Assembly (NCBI RefSeq): GCF_006345805.1
Contig: NC_043004.1
Location: forward strand, 36,084,001 to 36,148,000
Origin: Octopus sinensis
Lineage: Eukaryota
Direction: 5' to 3'
Length of the DNA stretch: 64,000 bases
The position numbers were made by a program, and so were the translations under genes. Shown piece by piece: positions 15,433 to 28,499 of the stretch. Within the stretch, counting starts at the first letter, position 1. Each line of letters begins with the position of its first letter. The notes below the pieces were generated by a model. The model was not told the origin of the DNA and ran no database searches. It worked only from the letters and a program-made list of their open reading frames with translations.

Positions 15433-15511
15433 ATATGTGTGTGTGTGCGTATATGTACATATGTATGCATATATATATATAATTTGTTTTATGACATAGA
15501 CAAAATATGAA

Positions 15512-15545
<34 letters not shown>

Positions 15546-16139
15546 GTATATATATATAAAATATATATATATATAAAAGTACATACAAAAATGTTGGAAT
15601 GTGTATGTGATTCTATGTGCATGTGTGTCTAGAGATAAAAATCAATCTCACACAAACATACTCAAATGTAAGTGTGTGTGTGTGTGTGTATATATATTTA
15701 CATATGTATGTATCTCTGTATAACGTACGTATACTTTTATATATGTGTACATGAGTAATAATAAATTTACTGCTATATTACTTACCATAGTATTCCATAT
15801 TGTTAATATTAGATAGAAATATTATATTACTAAATATATTTGAAAAGATGGACGTGCAGAAATGGCTGAAATAATACGCACAGCAAAAATTGAATACAAA
15901 TTCGTTTCTTCTAGACAATTGTGTGTGTGTTGTGTGTGTGTGTGTGTGTGTGTGTGTGCCTCGGTGTGTGTGTGTGTGTGTGCGTGTGTGTGTGTTTGTG
16001 TATTTGTGTGTCTATGTGGTGTGGTATATGGTGTGAGGTGTGTATGTATTTGAATGTATGTGTATGTGTATGTGCTAATGATGTTTCTTCAAATAAGTTC
16101 GACTCTTATTGTTTCTATTATCTGTTGTTGTGAAAGCTG

Positions 16140-16760
16140 ATCTTTGTAGAAGCCCCACCTTCTCCAGTTATGATTATGATAGAATTTATGATGCTAATCC
16201 CCCATTCATATCACCAATATTTAAAACAACCCCACAGACCAGTTAACCCTTATGAATGCAATTATTTACCTAAATCCCTGGATACCCATCACAATGTGAT
16301 CAGTCCTTTAAAAGAGCATCATCTCTCCATTCTATAGCTTCACTGCCAAAACATCAATGTTCTTACCCTTAGTCTGTCTTTTATGAGAATCTTTTACCTT
16401 AATCCTTTACCAAACGGATTATGCTGTGAAATGTGATACCTATTCATGTTGTTTTCAATTAATCATACCTTATCACTTGGCTACAATATTTCAATGCTGT
16501 GATTGTTTATTTTTAGAATGACATTGTTAGGTAAGTATGAGAGGAAAGATTTGGCCAGTCTAAATATGAAACAAGTAGAATATTTGGCTAGTTTATATGT
16601 TAAAAGGTTAAGGGTCTGGTTATCTACCATATCAGGGATTAAAAGACTCTTGTTTGGCTCTTCTATCTTTACATGTATAGGAATTAATGTCTCTACTTCC
16701 CATAGCATTAAAGTTGGAATGTGACATATTCCCTGCTGTCTGTAAATGCAGCACATTCCT
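16140..16760 (-). pseudogene. Decayed LINE fragment, probable APE endonuclease region
   Basis: Minus strand IGDMNG (about 16196-16213) resembles the APE GDFN motif; the rest is heavily degraded. Confidence 0.3.
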
Positions 16761-17311
16761 AAACAGATAATACTGTCAATTTAATCATGTTAATCTTCAT
16801 AGGTATTATCAAGATGTGATCTTGATATCTCATGTTAAAAAGAGTCAACTTCTTTTAGCAAACACCTTGAAAGGCTTCTTCAATGCAGATGTGGCATCCT
16901 AAATATCTTTCAACCTAATCCAGTAAACAGTCATTCTGACATATTAACCCAGACCCATTACAATCTTTCATAAGCAATTCACTACCAAAATCTTCTCAGA
17001 CTTACAAATGCTAAACCAAACATTCTGTAACAATCTATGACATAGCTAAGGTTACATTTCAAAGACGAGGTGCCTTGCTTTTGGATCAACACTTGGCAAA
17101 ACCATTATCTCCAGAGTTACAGATCTCCGCAATATCTTCTCTGAAAGTAATTTCTCACAGGAAGGAATTTACAGAAATACTTGGGGAACAACCATTGTAT
17201 TAACCAAGCCAGTACACAGTTTCTGCAGAGTTCATGGTGACTGTCTTCTTCAGAATAAAACTGTTAGAAAAACGAATGTACACACAAATACATACATATA
17301 TATATATATAT

Positions 17312-17533
17312 TTCTTTATTGCCCACAAGGTGCTAAACATAGAGGGAACAAACAAGAACAGACAAAGGGATTAAGTCGATTACATTGACCCCAGTGCGTA
17401 ACTGGTACTTGTTTAATCAATCCCAAAGGGATGAAAGGCAAAGTCGACCTCGGTAGAATTTGAACTCAAAATGTAGCAGCAGACAAAATACCACTAAGCA
17501 TTTCGTGCTAACGATTCTGCCAGCTTGCCACCT
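17312..17533 (-). mobile_element. SINE family A copy
   Basis: Collinear with 3208-3436. Confidence 0.8.
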
Positions 17534-17840
17534 TACATATATGTATATATTGCCTTAGCTTCAATAAATTTTGAAAATAATTAAGAATCTGTTACAACAA
17601 TTTGTCATTAATAAGCTTGTGTTTGGAACATAATTTCAGCATGAAGTTTTGATCGAAGGTTTTGATTTCAGTCAATTTAAATCAAGAAGTTTGTATCAAA
17701 ACCAATGTGTAGTCTCGAGCAAGTTGGTGTCAAAAGGGTTTTAAAAAATTGCCATAAACTGGATTGGAATCAAATGGCTAGATCGATATTTAAACATTTA
17801 TTGATATAATGGTGCAAATATGTGTTCATATTTGTATATA

Positions 17841-18725
17841 CGAGGTCTGATCAAGAAGTATCCGGACTGTTGCTATAGTAACGAAGCTAAAGCATGCAGT
17901 TTGAAGTTGCTTGGCATAGATTGACCTTCAACTCTGTTATGCATGCATACTAAGTTTTAATGTTCTAGCTTACTTCTGCTGTTTACAGCAGTGCTTCAAA
18001 GGAAGATGTGTAGTGTGTGATCATTGCATTAACCATGACAAAGACTGTTGTCATGGCGATACCTGCTCAGAGGCCTATGCAAGTTGTGGAAAGTGTATGG
18101 AGAAGAGTGTATGAGCTGCACACAAGTGAATGAGTGGTTCAGACGTTTCCAAGATGCTGGGAAAATATTGATAGTGATGAATGTCTAGGAGACCTGCAAC
18201 CAGCAGAACTGAGAAAAACATTGCAGATGTGTATGCAGTTGTGAGGGAAATCATTGAATCAGCATCCGTGAGTTGTCAAAGGATGTGGAGATTAGTTACG
18301 GTTCAGTTCAGTCCACTATCACTGAAGATTTGTGTATGAGATGTGTGTGTGTGTGCCAAGTTTGTGCCAAAACTGCTTTCAGCTGACCAAAAAGGGCACT
18401 CAAGTTTCAGTTGCACAAGATCTCCTTGATTGTGTTGAGAATGAAAACTTTTTGAAAACTTTGTGTAGGTCTCTGAGCAGGTAGTGCCAAGCTTTTGGCA
18501 AAATTTGATGCAGATTCTCTGCTCAACTCTCTCTGTCATGGTCAATGCAATGATCACACATTACACACCTTCCTTCCAAGCATTGCTGTAAACAGCAGAA
18601 GTGAGCTATAACATTAAGCACATGCACAGCAGAGTTCAACATCAATTTGTGCCAAGTGGCTTCATTCTCCATGCTTTAGCTTCGTTATCATAGCAACAGT
18701 CTGGATACTTATTGATCAGACCACA
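17841..18725 (+). mobile_element. Non-autonomous mariner derivative with a duplicated, inverted 5' end
   Basis: TA-flanked TIRs cgaggtctgatcaagaagtatccggactgttgcta / tagcaacagtctggatacttattgatcagaccaca. Plus strand encodes decayed mariner HTH (EWFRRFQ..SIRELS..AKFVPKLLS); minus strand encodes the N-terminus EQRICIKFCQKLG. Confidence 0.85.
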
Positions 18726-20490
18726 TATACCTTTGTACAAACATTACTTCCGAGATGTCATTTTTACCTCTGTTTTTTTTTCCTATCAAAATTAATTATA
18801 TTGCAAACATGATTCAGTGCTTTGAAATAATTCTTTGGCAGATGTTTGAAAGACCCAGAAGGATATCAATGGTATTGGGAACTAAACTCCAATCTGGTTT
18901 CTATGATGTAACCTTGTGGCTTATTACGCAATGACATGATGTTGAACTAAGATAAATTAGAACTCAACAATTTTGGTAAATAAGATTAACTAAATCAGCT
19001 TTATACTCTGCCTTTCAACAATTCAGACCAAAATTAACAATAAAGTTGACATTTCGTGCAAGCTGAGCTCCTGAATTTTTAGAATATTTCTTCAAATATA
19101 TCTCAGCATTATCATCAATGATCTATTCAAATGTTGTATCTCACCTCATCCTCAGCATCACTTCCTCACTTCCATCTGTGATCTTTCTACACTCAACAAG
19201 TCATTATGAGAATTGAGGATCCACAACAACAGTTCTTGTGAATTAAATAATCTGACAAACTTGGGCCGTCAAAACACATAAAGTATTTTTCTCTACAAAT
19301 CACAAACCCTACATCATTTGTACAATGTGGAAAATATACCCTCGACATAGTTCAAACAATGGTGGCACCCAGATAGAAAAATATTACTGATGCAGTTTTT
19401 TGGTAAAGTTATGTATTTTGGGGAATTTCTGTTAGAGAAGGTCAGAGATTGTGATATCTCAAAGGGGTTAATTGTGTTGTTTATGAGCAGAGAGCAAAAG
19501 TTACGTGGCCACCATCCCTTTCAGATCTTCCTTCTCTACATAAACAACCTTCTGACTATCGTTTTAAACTACGCAAGCTCCCATGCAAAGGGTAATTCTT
19601 TTCACACACACACACATTGGTTAGTAAACCCTCACTTAGCACCACACTATAACCACTAACATACTATTACCACTTCTTTGAGTCCTCTCTTCCAGTCATG
19701 ATTACATCAGTTGTTTCCCCTGAATAAACCAGCAGGGTACCATCAACTATCATATACCTACCTACTTACCTTCCTACATACATACATACATACAGACCTC
19801 TCTTTTTCTTCTCCCTGCTGCATAAACCTTCAAAACCCTTATATAAACTACTTTGTCAATATTTCCTTAACAGACATAATTGCACACATACAGTGCCATA
19901 AACAGTTTCAAATTGCTCATAAACACCCACATATTGCCCATAAATAAGCTGTCTGACCTGTATGTGTGTATATAGTGTCCATAGTGAGAGAAAAGAATGT
20001 GCATACTCATTTATATGTTTACAAAGATATACTTTCGTAGATATATGTCATGTCATACTTTCATATAGTGGAATACAGTAACAAATAAGTTTATGAACTC
20101 ATACATAATCACTCTCAGTTATTTATAAATTCACAAATTAACAAATATGTGGATATATATATATGCACACACACACACATAAGCACACATACATACATAG
20201 TCATACACTGCTGAATATATAAATAGACAGCCATAAATTAATAAACAGGCACATTCTCTCTCATACATACATATACTTACATTCGCAGAGGTAGTTCTAC
20301 ATAAATGGAACACACAAATACATACATAAATAGAATGTACATAGGCATACGTATACATTCACAAATGGAACACACACAGATATACATACAAGAATTGAAC
20401 ACATGTAGACACATACTTGTACACACACATATATACATGCATAAATGGAGCATGCAAAGACACACACATTCATACATAAGTGGAACCAAT

Positions 20491-20533
<43 letters not shown>

Positions 20534-20725
20534 TACAAAAATAGAACATATATAGACATATACCAATACATATGGAATACACATACACATACATAAGCAC
20601 ACATAAACACACAAATAAACAAGTTTTCATACACACTTTTGCAGGGATGGAATGAGAGAGAGAGAGAGAGAGATAATGTTAAGAACACACACAATTGAAA
20701 ATACTTATAGAGCAATCCACAGACC

Positions 20726-20773
<48 letters not shown>

Positions 20774-21429
20774 GCACAAGATAAAGATTAGTCTAGAAGC
20801 ATATACAATGATACACTCAATCCCATAAACAACTTAGAGACACATATACAGATGTAGAGAGAGACACACAGAGATAAAGAGAATGCTACTTCCTCCGTGT
20901 TATATCATCGAACCAATTCCTCAGAGTCCCATTAGGGAAGTATCTCTGCTCAATATAGCAAGCTTCTCATTATTTACTTGCCATTCTATCCTTCGCGTAA
21001 CATTCCAAGAGCTCTCCCATTTGTCTTGAGATATTTTATTGCTTCTACACAGTTAATTTAGATAATGAGAACCTCCACATTTGTATTAATCTGCTCAATT
21101 GGTATTTAAGATGTCTGAAATAAACACAGCCGTCGTTTCATTCTGGACATTGTTGTTGCAGTTTATGAACCACAACTCTGACACTGACATTAAAATACAC
21201 ATTTTAAGTGTGAGCTGCTCCCCCCTCTCTCTCTCTTTCTCAATCTATCTATTTATCTACCAATCTCTCTCTCTCTCTCTATCTATCTATCTTTCTCCCT
21301 CCCTGCCTCTCTCTCTTTCATTTTCTGTTCTGTCAGCTTTACTGAATCAATGCTATGTTGTTGTACTCTAGTGAACTTCAACACTGACCCTGTCAATTTT
21401 ACACTGAGATACACTATTCCACAGTGAAT

Positions 21430-21600
21430 TACATTGAGATCCTGCATCGTAGAGACATGGCTTCATGGTTAAAAGCCAAGTGGTTTCAGGTTCAAATGGC
21501 ATCTTGGACAAGTGGGTTCTACTATAGTCCCAGGCCAGTCAATGCCTTGCAAGTGGATTTGGTTGACGAAAACTGTAAGAAGCCCATCATATATACGTGT
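21430..21600 (+). mobile_element. SINE family B, degenerate
   Basis: gacatggcttcatggttaaaagccaagtggtttcaggttc...gtggatttggttgacgaaaactg. Confidence 0.6.
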
Positions 21601-21689
21601 GTGTGTGTGTGTATGCATGTGTATGTATGTGTGAATATGTATGCATACATGTATTTATTTCTATGTATGTTTGTGTATAAATGTATTTA

Positions 21690-22745
21690 TGTCATTATTC
21701 AGTTTTATTTCAATGTTTCTTGCCAATAGAGAAAGAGCTGGTTTCTAACCTAGATCCAAGGCTCCTTTACTGGAATTTCAACAACATCAACAGGGTACTT
21801 TTTAAGTATGTATGTATAGATGCAGATTAGTATGTTTTGTTTTATGTATGTCTTCCATGCATATATTTGCATATCTAGACATGCTCATATATACTTAAAT
21901 GATAAACTTCTGGAAAGGTTTACAGATTTTTACAGTTCCAGTGATGGATTGGATCTGTAGTCTTCAAATTAGCTTTCTCCTTTCTGGTTTTGAGAAGCCT
22001 AATTTCTCAAGATTGGTATTTAGGCAGTGTGTTGCGTATCCCAGGGCTCCAATAATTACAGGTATAAACCTGAACTTGTAATCAGGATAGAGTAACCGCA
22101 TATTTCTCAATAGTTCAGCATAGGTGTTCTCTTTTTCATTGACCTTCAGCTTTATGCTAACAGGCGCTGGACAGCTGATTTCCACAACTGCGCACAGTTT
22201 CTCTTCTCTATCCTAAATCATTATATCAGGTCTATTACGTTTACATTTTATTGAGGTTTTCACTGGGACATTCCACCAGGACTCCTTTATATTATGAGTG
22301 ATTATGGCTTCTACCATACTGTGGGTTCTTATTTCTTTGTCCTCAGAGTTATCCTTCTGACAGATTTCATTATATAGTGCCCTAGCTACAACATTATGCT
22401 TCATTGGTAGATAATACTGTGATGACATTTTCAGATAACTGCTTATGATGTGGGTGATATCTTCAGTGTGATCTCCACAAAGTCAGCGTAGGCTATCACA
22501 TTTTACTGCTTTTCCTGCATCTCTATCCCGTTTGTGCATCAGGTATTTGGTTGATATTTCCTGTTCCAAGATTGCAAATGCATACCCTTCAAAGTGGGAG
22601 GTAGTAATCTGGTTGTTGGTCCATGATAGACTGCTTTGATGAACAATGTTACTATCGTCTTGGAGCTTTCCACTAACATATCCATGCTTGGTCTTCTGCT
22701 CATATAGGCTTGTTTTCATCTCGTGATACGTTGTGGTAGAGTCAT
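21690..22745 (-). mobile_element. 5'-truncated R4/Dong-like non-LTR retrotransposon (CCHC + restriction-like endonuclease)
   Basis: Frameshifted ORFs FEGYAFAILEQEIST..., HNVVAR, NRPDIMI, EISCP...K..EKENTY: the CCHC/RHN/PD..D-E-K signature of RLE elements; flanked by TATG-type repeats. Confidence 0.85.
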
Positions 22746-22889
22746 GTATTTAAGGCATGCATGCATGCTTGTATGTATGTATGTATGTATGTATGTATGT
22801 ATGTATGTATGTATGTATGTATTTATGTATGTATGTATCTATGTATGTATGTATGTATGTGTAAACCTATGGTAAGGGTCTTACTTTGA

Positions 22890-23240
22890 TGTTGACCTGC
22901 AGTGTCTGTGCAAGACCTTGCCTCAGTAAAGCTGGACTTGAGTCATCTTCGTAATCATAAAGCAAGACAGATGATTGACAACCAGGCCATTGGTGGTGGT
23001 GCTACACACCATAATAATCATATCTGTCAGGTATGTAGAAGGGAGTGTAATTCAGCAGGAGGACTCAAACGACATGCAAAGGTACATGAAGCCCAGTTAC
23101 AACTACAGCTGGCTATTGGCGGTAAAGGTTTTAGCTGCCAATTCCGTACAAGACATTGTAGATCTTTAGCTGGGCTAAAAAGTCATATTCGATCACAGCA
23201 CCGATAACAGTTAAGCCTCGTGTAATGGCCATACTCAATA
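22890..23240 (+). mobile_element. RTE-type LINE extreme 3' end with C2H2-like motifs
   Basis: CQVCRRECNSAGGLKRHAKVH and ..CRSLAGLKSHIRSQH at the ORF end, followed by a short 3'UTR; no upstream gene structure. Confidence 0.55.
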
Positions 23241-23289
23241 ATGAGGGGGCAGCGATCATGTGTTCTCTTACACTTTTTAATTTACAGTT

Positions 23290-23900
23290 AATTTTGCTCA
23301 GTCACCTACTTGGTAGTAAGATTGTGAAGGAAAGCATCTTGTTTTGTTCATCTTCCTTTAAATCTTAAGAAGGTCTTGCAGATTTTTATAGTCCCAGTTA
23401 TCATGATCATTTGTAGTGTAATGAATAAAGGATTTACATTCTCTCCTCAAGAACCCAAGTTCAGCTATATTTTGCTCCAGATGCCTTTGTACAATAATAG
23501 GTATCAAACTGAAAGTGTATTTTGGATACTGGATTTGCAAACTCCTTTTCAATGATCCATAGATGTTCTCTTTCTGTTGCAGTTTTCTAACCACATTGGT
23601 GTCCAGAGGGCAGCTGATTTCCACTGCAGAACATATCTTTTGCTTGTGGTCCCACACCACAATATCTGGCTGGTTGTGTTTTAACTTGGTGCCTGTTTTA
23701 ATTTATAAGCTCTACCAATATTCTTATGACACATTAGTCTCAATATAGTGAACCTTCCACATTCTTTTTGGTTCACTTGTTCCAGATTGTTCTGGCCACC
23801 ACAAGATACCTCATTGGGAAATGATATCTGGAAAACATTCCCTTGCAGCTGGCAATAATGTGTTTGATGTTTCCAGTCCTGGATTTGTACAGCCTACATT
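23290..23900 (-). mobile_element. Second, divergent R4/Dong-like RLE fragment
   Basis: PDIVVWDHKQKICSAVEISCPLD...KENIY, paralogous to 21964-22230. Confidence 0.8.
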
Positions 23901-24462
23901 AGTTGTCAATGCATATGTTTATGTGTGCACAAATGTATGCATGTGCGTATGTATGCATACTTGAAGCATTACTGTTGAATGCCTTCTAAACTGTGGATTT
24001 CATCTAAAGAAAGCATCTCTTATAGATGTATGGTGTTAAAAAAAACACAGAAGAGACGCCTTCTTGAGACAAATGCTGCAATTTAGAAGGTTTTAAACAG
24101 TATATATCGTTTAAGTATGATACACAGATTACTAATTTGAACCAATAGTTCTTCCAATACTAATAATGAATATGGATGCAAGTATATTTGTATGTGTACA
24201 TATACAGATGGGTATAGGCATGAATGTCATTGCATTTAGGGATCTTATTGCTTGCAGAAATTCACAAAAGTTTCACATACTTTTTATAGCTTGTAGCCGG
24301 CACTTTCCCATTAGGTGTGTTATTTTTGGTAGTGCGTATGTATGTATGGAAAGAGATAGAGATAGAGAGAGCATGGCTGGTCCACAGTCAATAAAAAGAG
24401 AGATGACACAAGACAAAAGAGAATGAGAGAATTTATACACAATGTTAACATTTATATTTGAA

Positions 24463-24861
24463 ACTAGCAGTATCGCCCGGCGTTGCTCGGGTTTGTTTCG
24501 ACCCTTTAGAATTGGAATTTTTGAAAAGTAAAAATTTTGCATTATGTAGCTTGTTATTCTCTTTAAGTGAACATTTTTTTGGGGGGTTGAAATACACGGA
24601 AAAATGGTGACACAGCAGTTAAAAAAATCGCAAAAATTAGGGATTTTCATAGAAAAAAAGCACCTTTTTGATGTAAATAATTTTTGGTGTTAACATGGTC
24701 TGATTTGAATTTTTTCTTCTACGGAAGGAAGAACAAGCCTTCTTCTATCATACTCTCAATTTTGGTCAATTTATGCTGCATGCTCTTGGAGTAGATAGTG
24801 TTAGTTGAAGGCTACCAAACCTGCCATACACAGACAACTTCAGCTTTATATATATAGAGAT
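24463..24861 (+). mobile_element. Non-autonomous Helitron/Helentron-like element
   Basis: 5' actagcagtatcgcccggcgttgctcgggtttgt (subterminal hairpin) and 3' ...ctttatatatatagagat; same termini as the array at 28500-31123. Confidence 0.6.
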
Positions 24862-25363
24862 AAGCAGGACTTCCTTTCCACTTTGTAAGCAATATCCATT
24901 AAAGTACAGACAAAATGATATACACACATAAATGCAATACATAAAATATAATTGGACATTGTTATGTACTTTCATGTATTCATACAAAGTACATTCATAT
25001 TGAGTTAATCTCTCTGCAATTCAACATCAAACTAATATAAAATCCATTTGTTAATTAATAAACATAATAGATTTATTAATTATATCAACTGAATTAGTTT
25101 TAATGAATAATTATATATATGATATCATAAATTAATTAATTTATAGCTTAATGTCAAATTGTTAAAATTTTAACAATACAATTTAAATTTATGTATTTAA
25201 GTTGTCATAAAGTTAAAATATTTCATATATGGATCACTGTACAGCTATGGATGACTTGAGTAGAGAGTATGACAGTAGCAGCTTGTATGTTATAAATTAT
25301 TATATCACCAGCACACTACTTAGACCAAGATGAACAAAACATTCAATTACTAATGGCCTTTAA

Positions 25364-25534
25364 CCCTTTCGTTATCAACCCGTCTGAAACCGACTCTGGC
25401 TCTGAGTACAAATGTCTTGTTTCCATAAGTTTTTAATTAAAATCTCCCATCAAACCTTTGTCACAATTTATGTTCCTAGCACTAGCTTAATCATAACCAA
25501 GTTATTTTACTAAATTCTTTGTTATATTTAAAGT
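25364..25534 (+). mobile_element. TTAA (piggyBac-type) MITE, left part only
   Basis: ttaa|ccctttcgttatcaacccg... collinear with the intact copy at 42907-43126; stops at gttatatttaaagt. Confidence 0.8.
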
Positions 25535-25680
25535 TATATTTAATAAAATGATGTAGTACGAAACGATCGTACCAAATTACCGGAGTCATTCTTGTTGCTT
25601 ATTTTGATTTTATATATATATATATATTATATATATATATATATATGTAAAATAAAAATAAGCAACAAGAATGACTCCGG

Positions 25681-25773
25681 TAATTTGGTACGATCGTTTC
25701 GTACTACATCATTTTATTAAATGTTGTAAGTATTACAACAGATTTAAGATGCTGAGTACTCATCAGCCAATTA
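25681..25773 (-). ncRNA. Type I hammerhead ribozyme with extended stem II
   Basis: Minus strand taattgg CTGATGA gtact..(59 nt)..agtac GAAACG AT CGTA^ ccaaatta: all core nucleotides intact, G10.1-C11.1 pair, GUA cleavage triplet (between 25689 and 25688). Confidence 0.85.
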
Positions 25774-26202
25774 TAGAGGTTTTCCAATAATACAAAAATT
25801 TTCAAATCAAGTGGCAACATTATAGAGAAGGTAGATATATAGACAAAGATGCGTATTCATATATATATATATACATACATACATATACAGATAGATTTGG
25901 TGTATATATAAATATTATATAAAATTGAAATGTAAATAAAACAAATCTGCTGAATGAAATTAAATTCTTTTCATTCAGTGTAAATTAATGGAGTGCAACT
26001 GGTTACCATCTGAATAGTGTATGTAGAGTGGAATGGTGGATGTCATCACTCTCTTTGCAAGGCAGGTCATATCAAGAGAGTTAATTCCACTCTGAGCCAT
26101 ACTCACAGAAAATATTGAATTCAGCACTGGAAATCAAGAAAGTAATCACTTGTTCAACACTGTTTCATTGGTGAACTATTCCACCCCATGATAAATATTT
26201 AA

Positions 26203-26383
<181 letters not shown>

Positions 26384-26460
26384 TATATATATATAGACCC
26401 GTGATCCCCAACACGGAGTGCATGCCCCATTGGTGGAGCATGGTAATATTTTGGTGAAGC

Positions 26461-27975
26461 ATGCCTCCACCGACTTTCGATGATTATAACTTTCAGAAAA
26501 ATGGATATTTTTTAAATGAAATTGTCTACGAATATGTGTTATATCATGTAGATTCCGAATACACAAAACGGAGGAAGTGTTTTAGAGGGGGCGGGGAATT
26601 TCGGAAGATTCACCGGTGTCCGCTTCAATTCGTGTTAACTTTCAAGAAAATACATGTTTTTTATTGAAATTTTTTTACAAATATACTTCAGACAATCTAA
26701 ATTCCAAGAACATACGAATTTGGGGGGAAAAACAATTGGGGGTTATTTTGAACACCGTTCCCAGTCGGGAGGGTTTCGGAACAAGTCGTCCGTATTTGTT
26801 TCATTTTCTCCCTTTTGTGCGTTTGTGCATCCGTAGATTTCCACTGAAGCCGCAGGCAATGAAGCTGTCAGCAGGAAACTCGTTATGCTAAAAACAGCAG
26901 CTAAAAGCTCTAAATGTTTCTAACAGAAAGACATTGAATGGAATAATTCCCTGTTTGAACTGTTTTTAATTACATATACATGTGTGTGTGAGGACACTGA
27001 GAATAAGCATGCCACCACTTTGTGCTTTTTTTCTCTCTCCGTTTTGACAGGGATTTTTCTAATTTTATTTTTCACTCGGACCTTCCAGCTGATGTCGTGG
27101 TCATGGGGGACATTTTATGAAAGTATTTTTTCCAAAAATTTATGATTTTTATTTTCACCTCAGTCCCACGCACCCCCCACACTTGAAAACTATGAGAGAA
27201 GCTTTTTCAGTACTCCTTTATATCACACACCTATTCTTGTGAAAATTTCATTTTTTTTTTTTTACCTTAAAAGCTTTTCCCATCGTTTTTAAGTGCTCAC
27301 TACAGGGGGGAAAAATAATAAAAAGGCCGAAATAGGTAAAGAGGAGAAAAGAGGGAGGTGAGAAAAAGTTAAACCCTGGTGAAAAAGAAATTCAAAAAAT
27401 CACCGTGAAAACAGAGATTTCTGACCCGAAACTCTGCCAAAACTGAAATTAAACTAAAATTGACATGGAATGCAACAGAAAAAAGTATATTAATTGTTAA
27501 ACCGCAAAAATTATCCAGATATTTGATTTGCAACTTCAATTAGAATCGAGTCCAAAGTTGAGGGAAAATGTCTTGAAGGAGACGTACACTCCCTAAAATA
27601 ATAATTTCAAATGTTTGACGAATTGGAATTGTACAAAATGACGAAGAAAGAAAGAGAAAAGTTTCGACTTAATGATGAAAAATATTTCAAGATTTGTGCA
27701 TTTATAACTAAAGCTAAATTCAAAACTGAAGAACATTTCTTACTTATTGTTGGTTCCTCAGTTTTCGCTGCCTCAGAGAAATAAGAAAGTTTCCAAGAAT
27801 TCCGAATATCTGTGTTTCTGCCTTTAATTCCAGGGTCCTTTGATCAAAGAATTCCGAATATACAAAAGTTTTTTGGGGGGTGGGAGAGTATTTTAGGAGG
27901 GGTTGGAGTGGGGGAATTTCAAGGTATCCATGAACTGGCTATTATCCGGGCACTCTGAAAGGAAACTGTTCCTGG
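26461..27975. repeat. Left arm of a ~1.4-1.8 kb imperfect inverted repeat (partner 33037-34872)
   Basis: 26461-27846 is the reverse complement of 33489-34872 (e.g. cacctcagtcccacgc / gcgtggggctgaggtg); 27915-27975 is the reverse complement of 33047-33110. Confidence 0.85.
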
Positions 27976-28343
27976 GGTCAATATAAAGATCTTCACCCGG
28001 GAACAATAAAAAAAACCCAGCCTGGTGGATGTTAAGAAGTTTGTGGAAAACGAATATGAAGAAAAAAAATGTCCGCTGACGACCCTGGGGGGTGGGGAGG
28101 GAACTTTCGGAAAATTCACAAGATCCGATTTTTCTGTCATAACTTCCGGTAAAATGGATATATATTGATTTTCTTTTACGGATTCTAACGTTTGTGGTTA
28201 TGGCGGATATAATTCTGAAAAGAAATTTTCAATAAATCTCTTTTTCAAAATTTCAATTACCCACCCCCTTCCTCCTCCCGGAAATACATAGAAAAAAAAT
28301 TCGTTTATAAAATTCAATTTTTCATATCTATATCTATATATCT

Positions 28344-28404
<61 letters not shown>

Positions 28405-28499
28405 ATATAGGATAAAATTTTTCGAAAAATATTTTTATCAATGGCCAGCATATTAAGAAATACCTTTAAAAGTTAAATTTATAAATAACTTATAAAACA

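Noticed and set aside
22902-23207. Host C2H2 zinc-finger gene
   Set aside because: No TGEKP linkers or exon context, second finger broken, sits between retroelement fragments; better explained as a LINE C-terminus.
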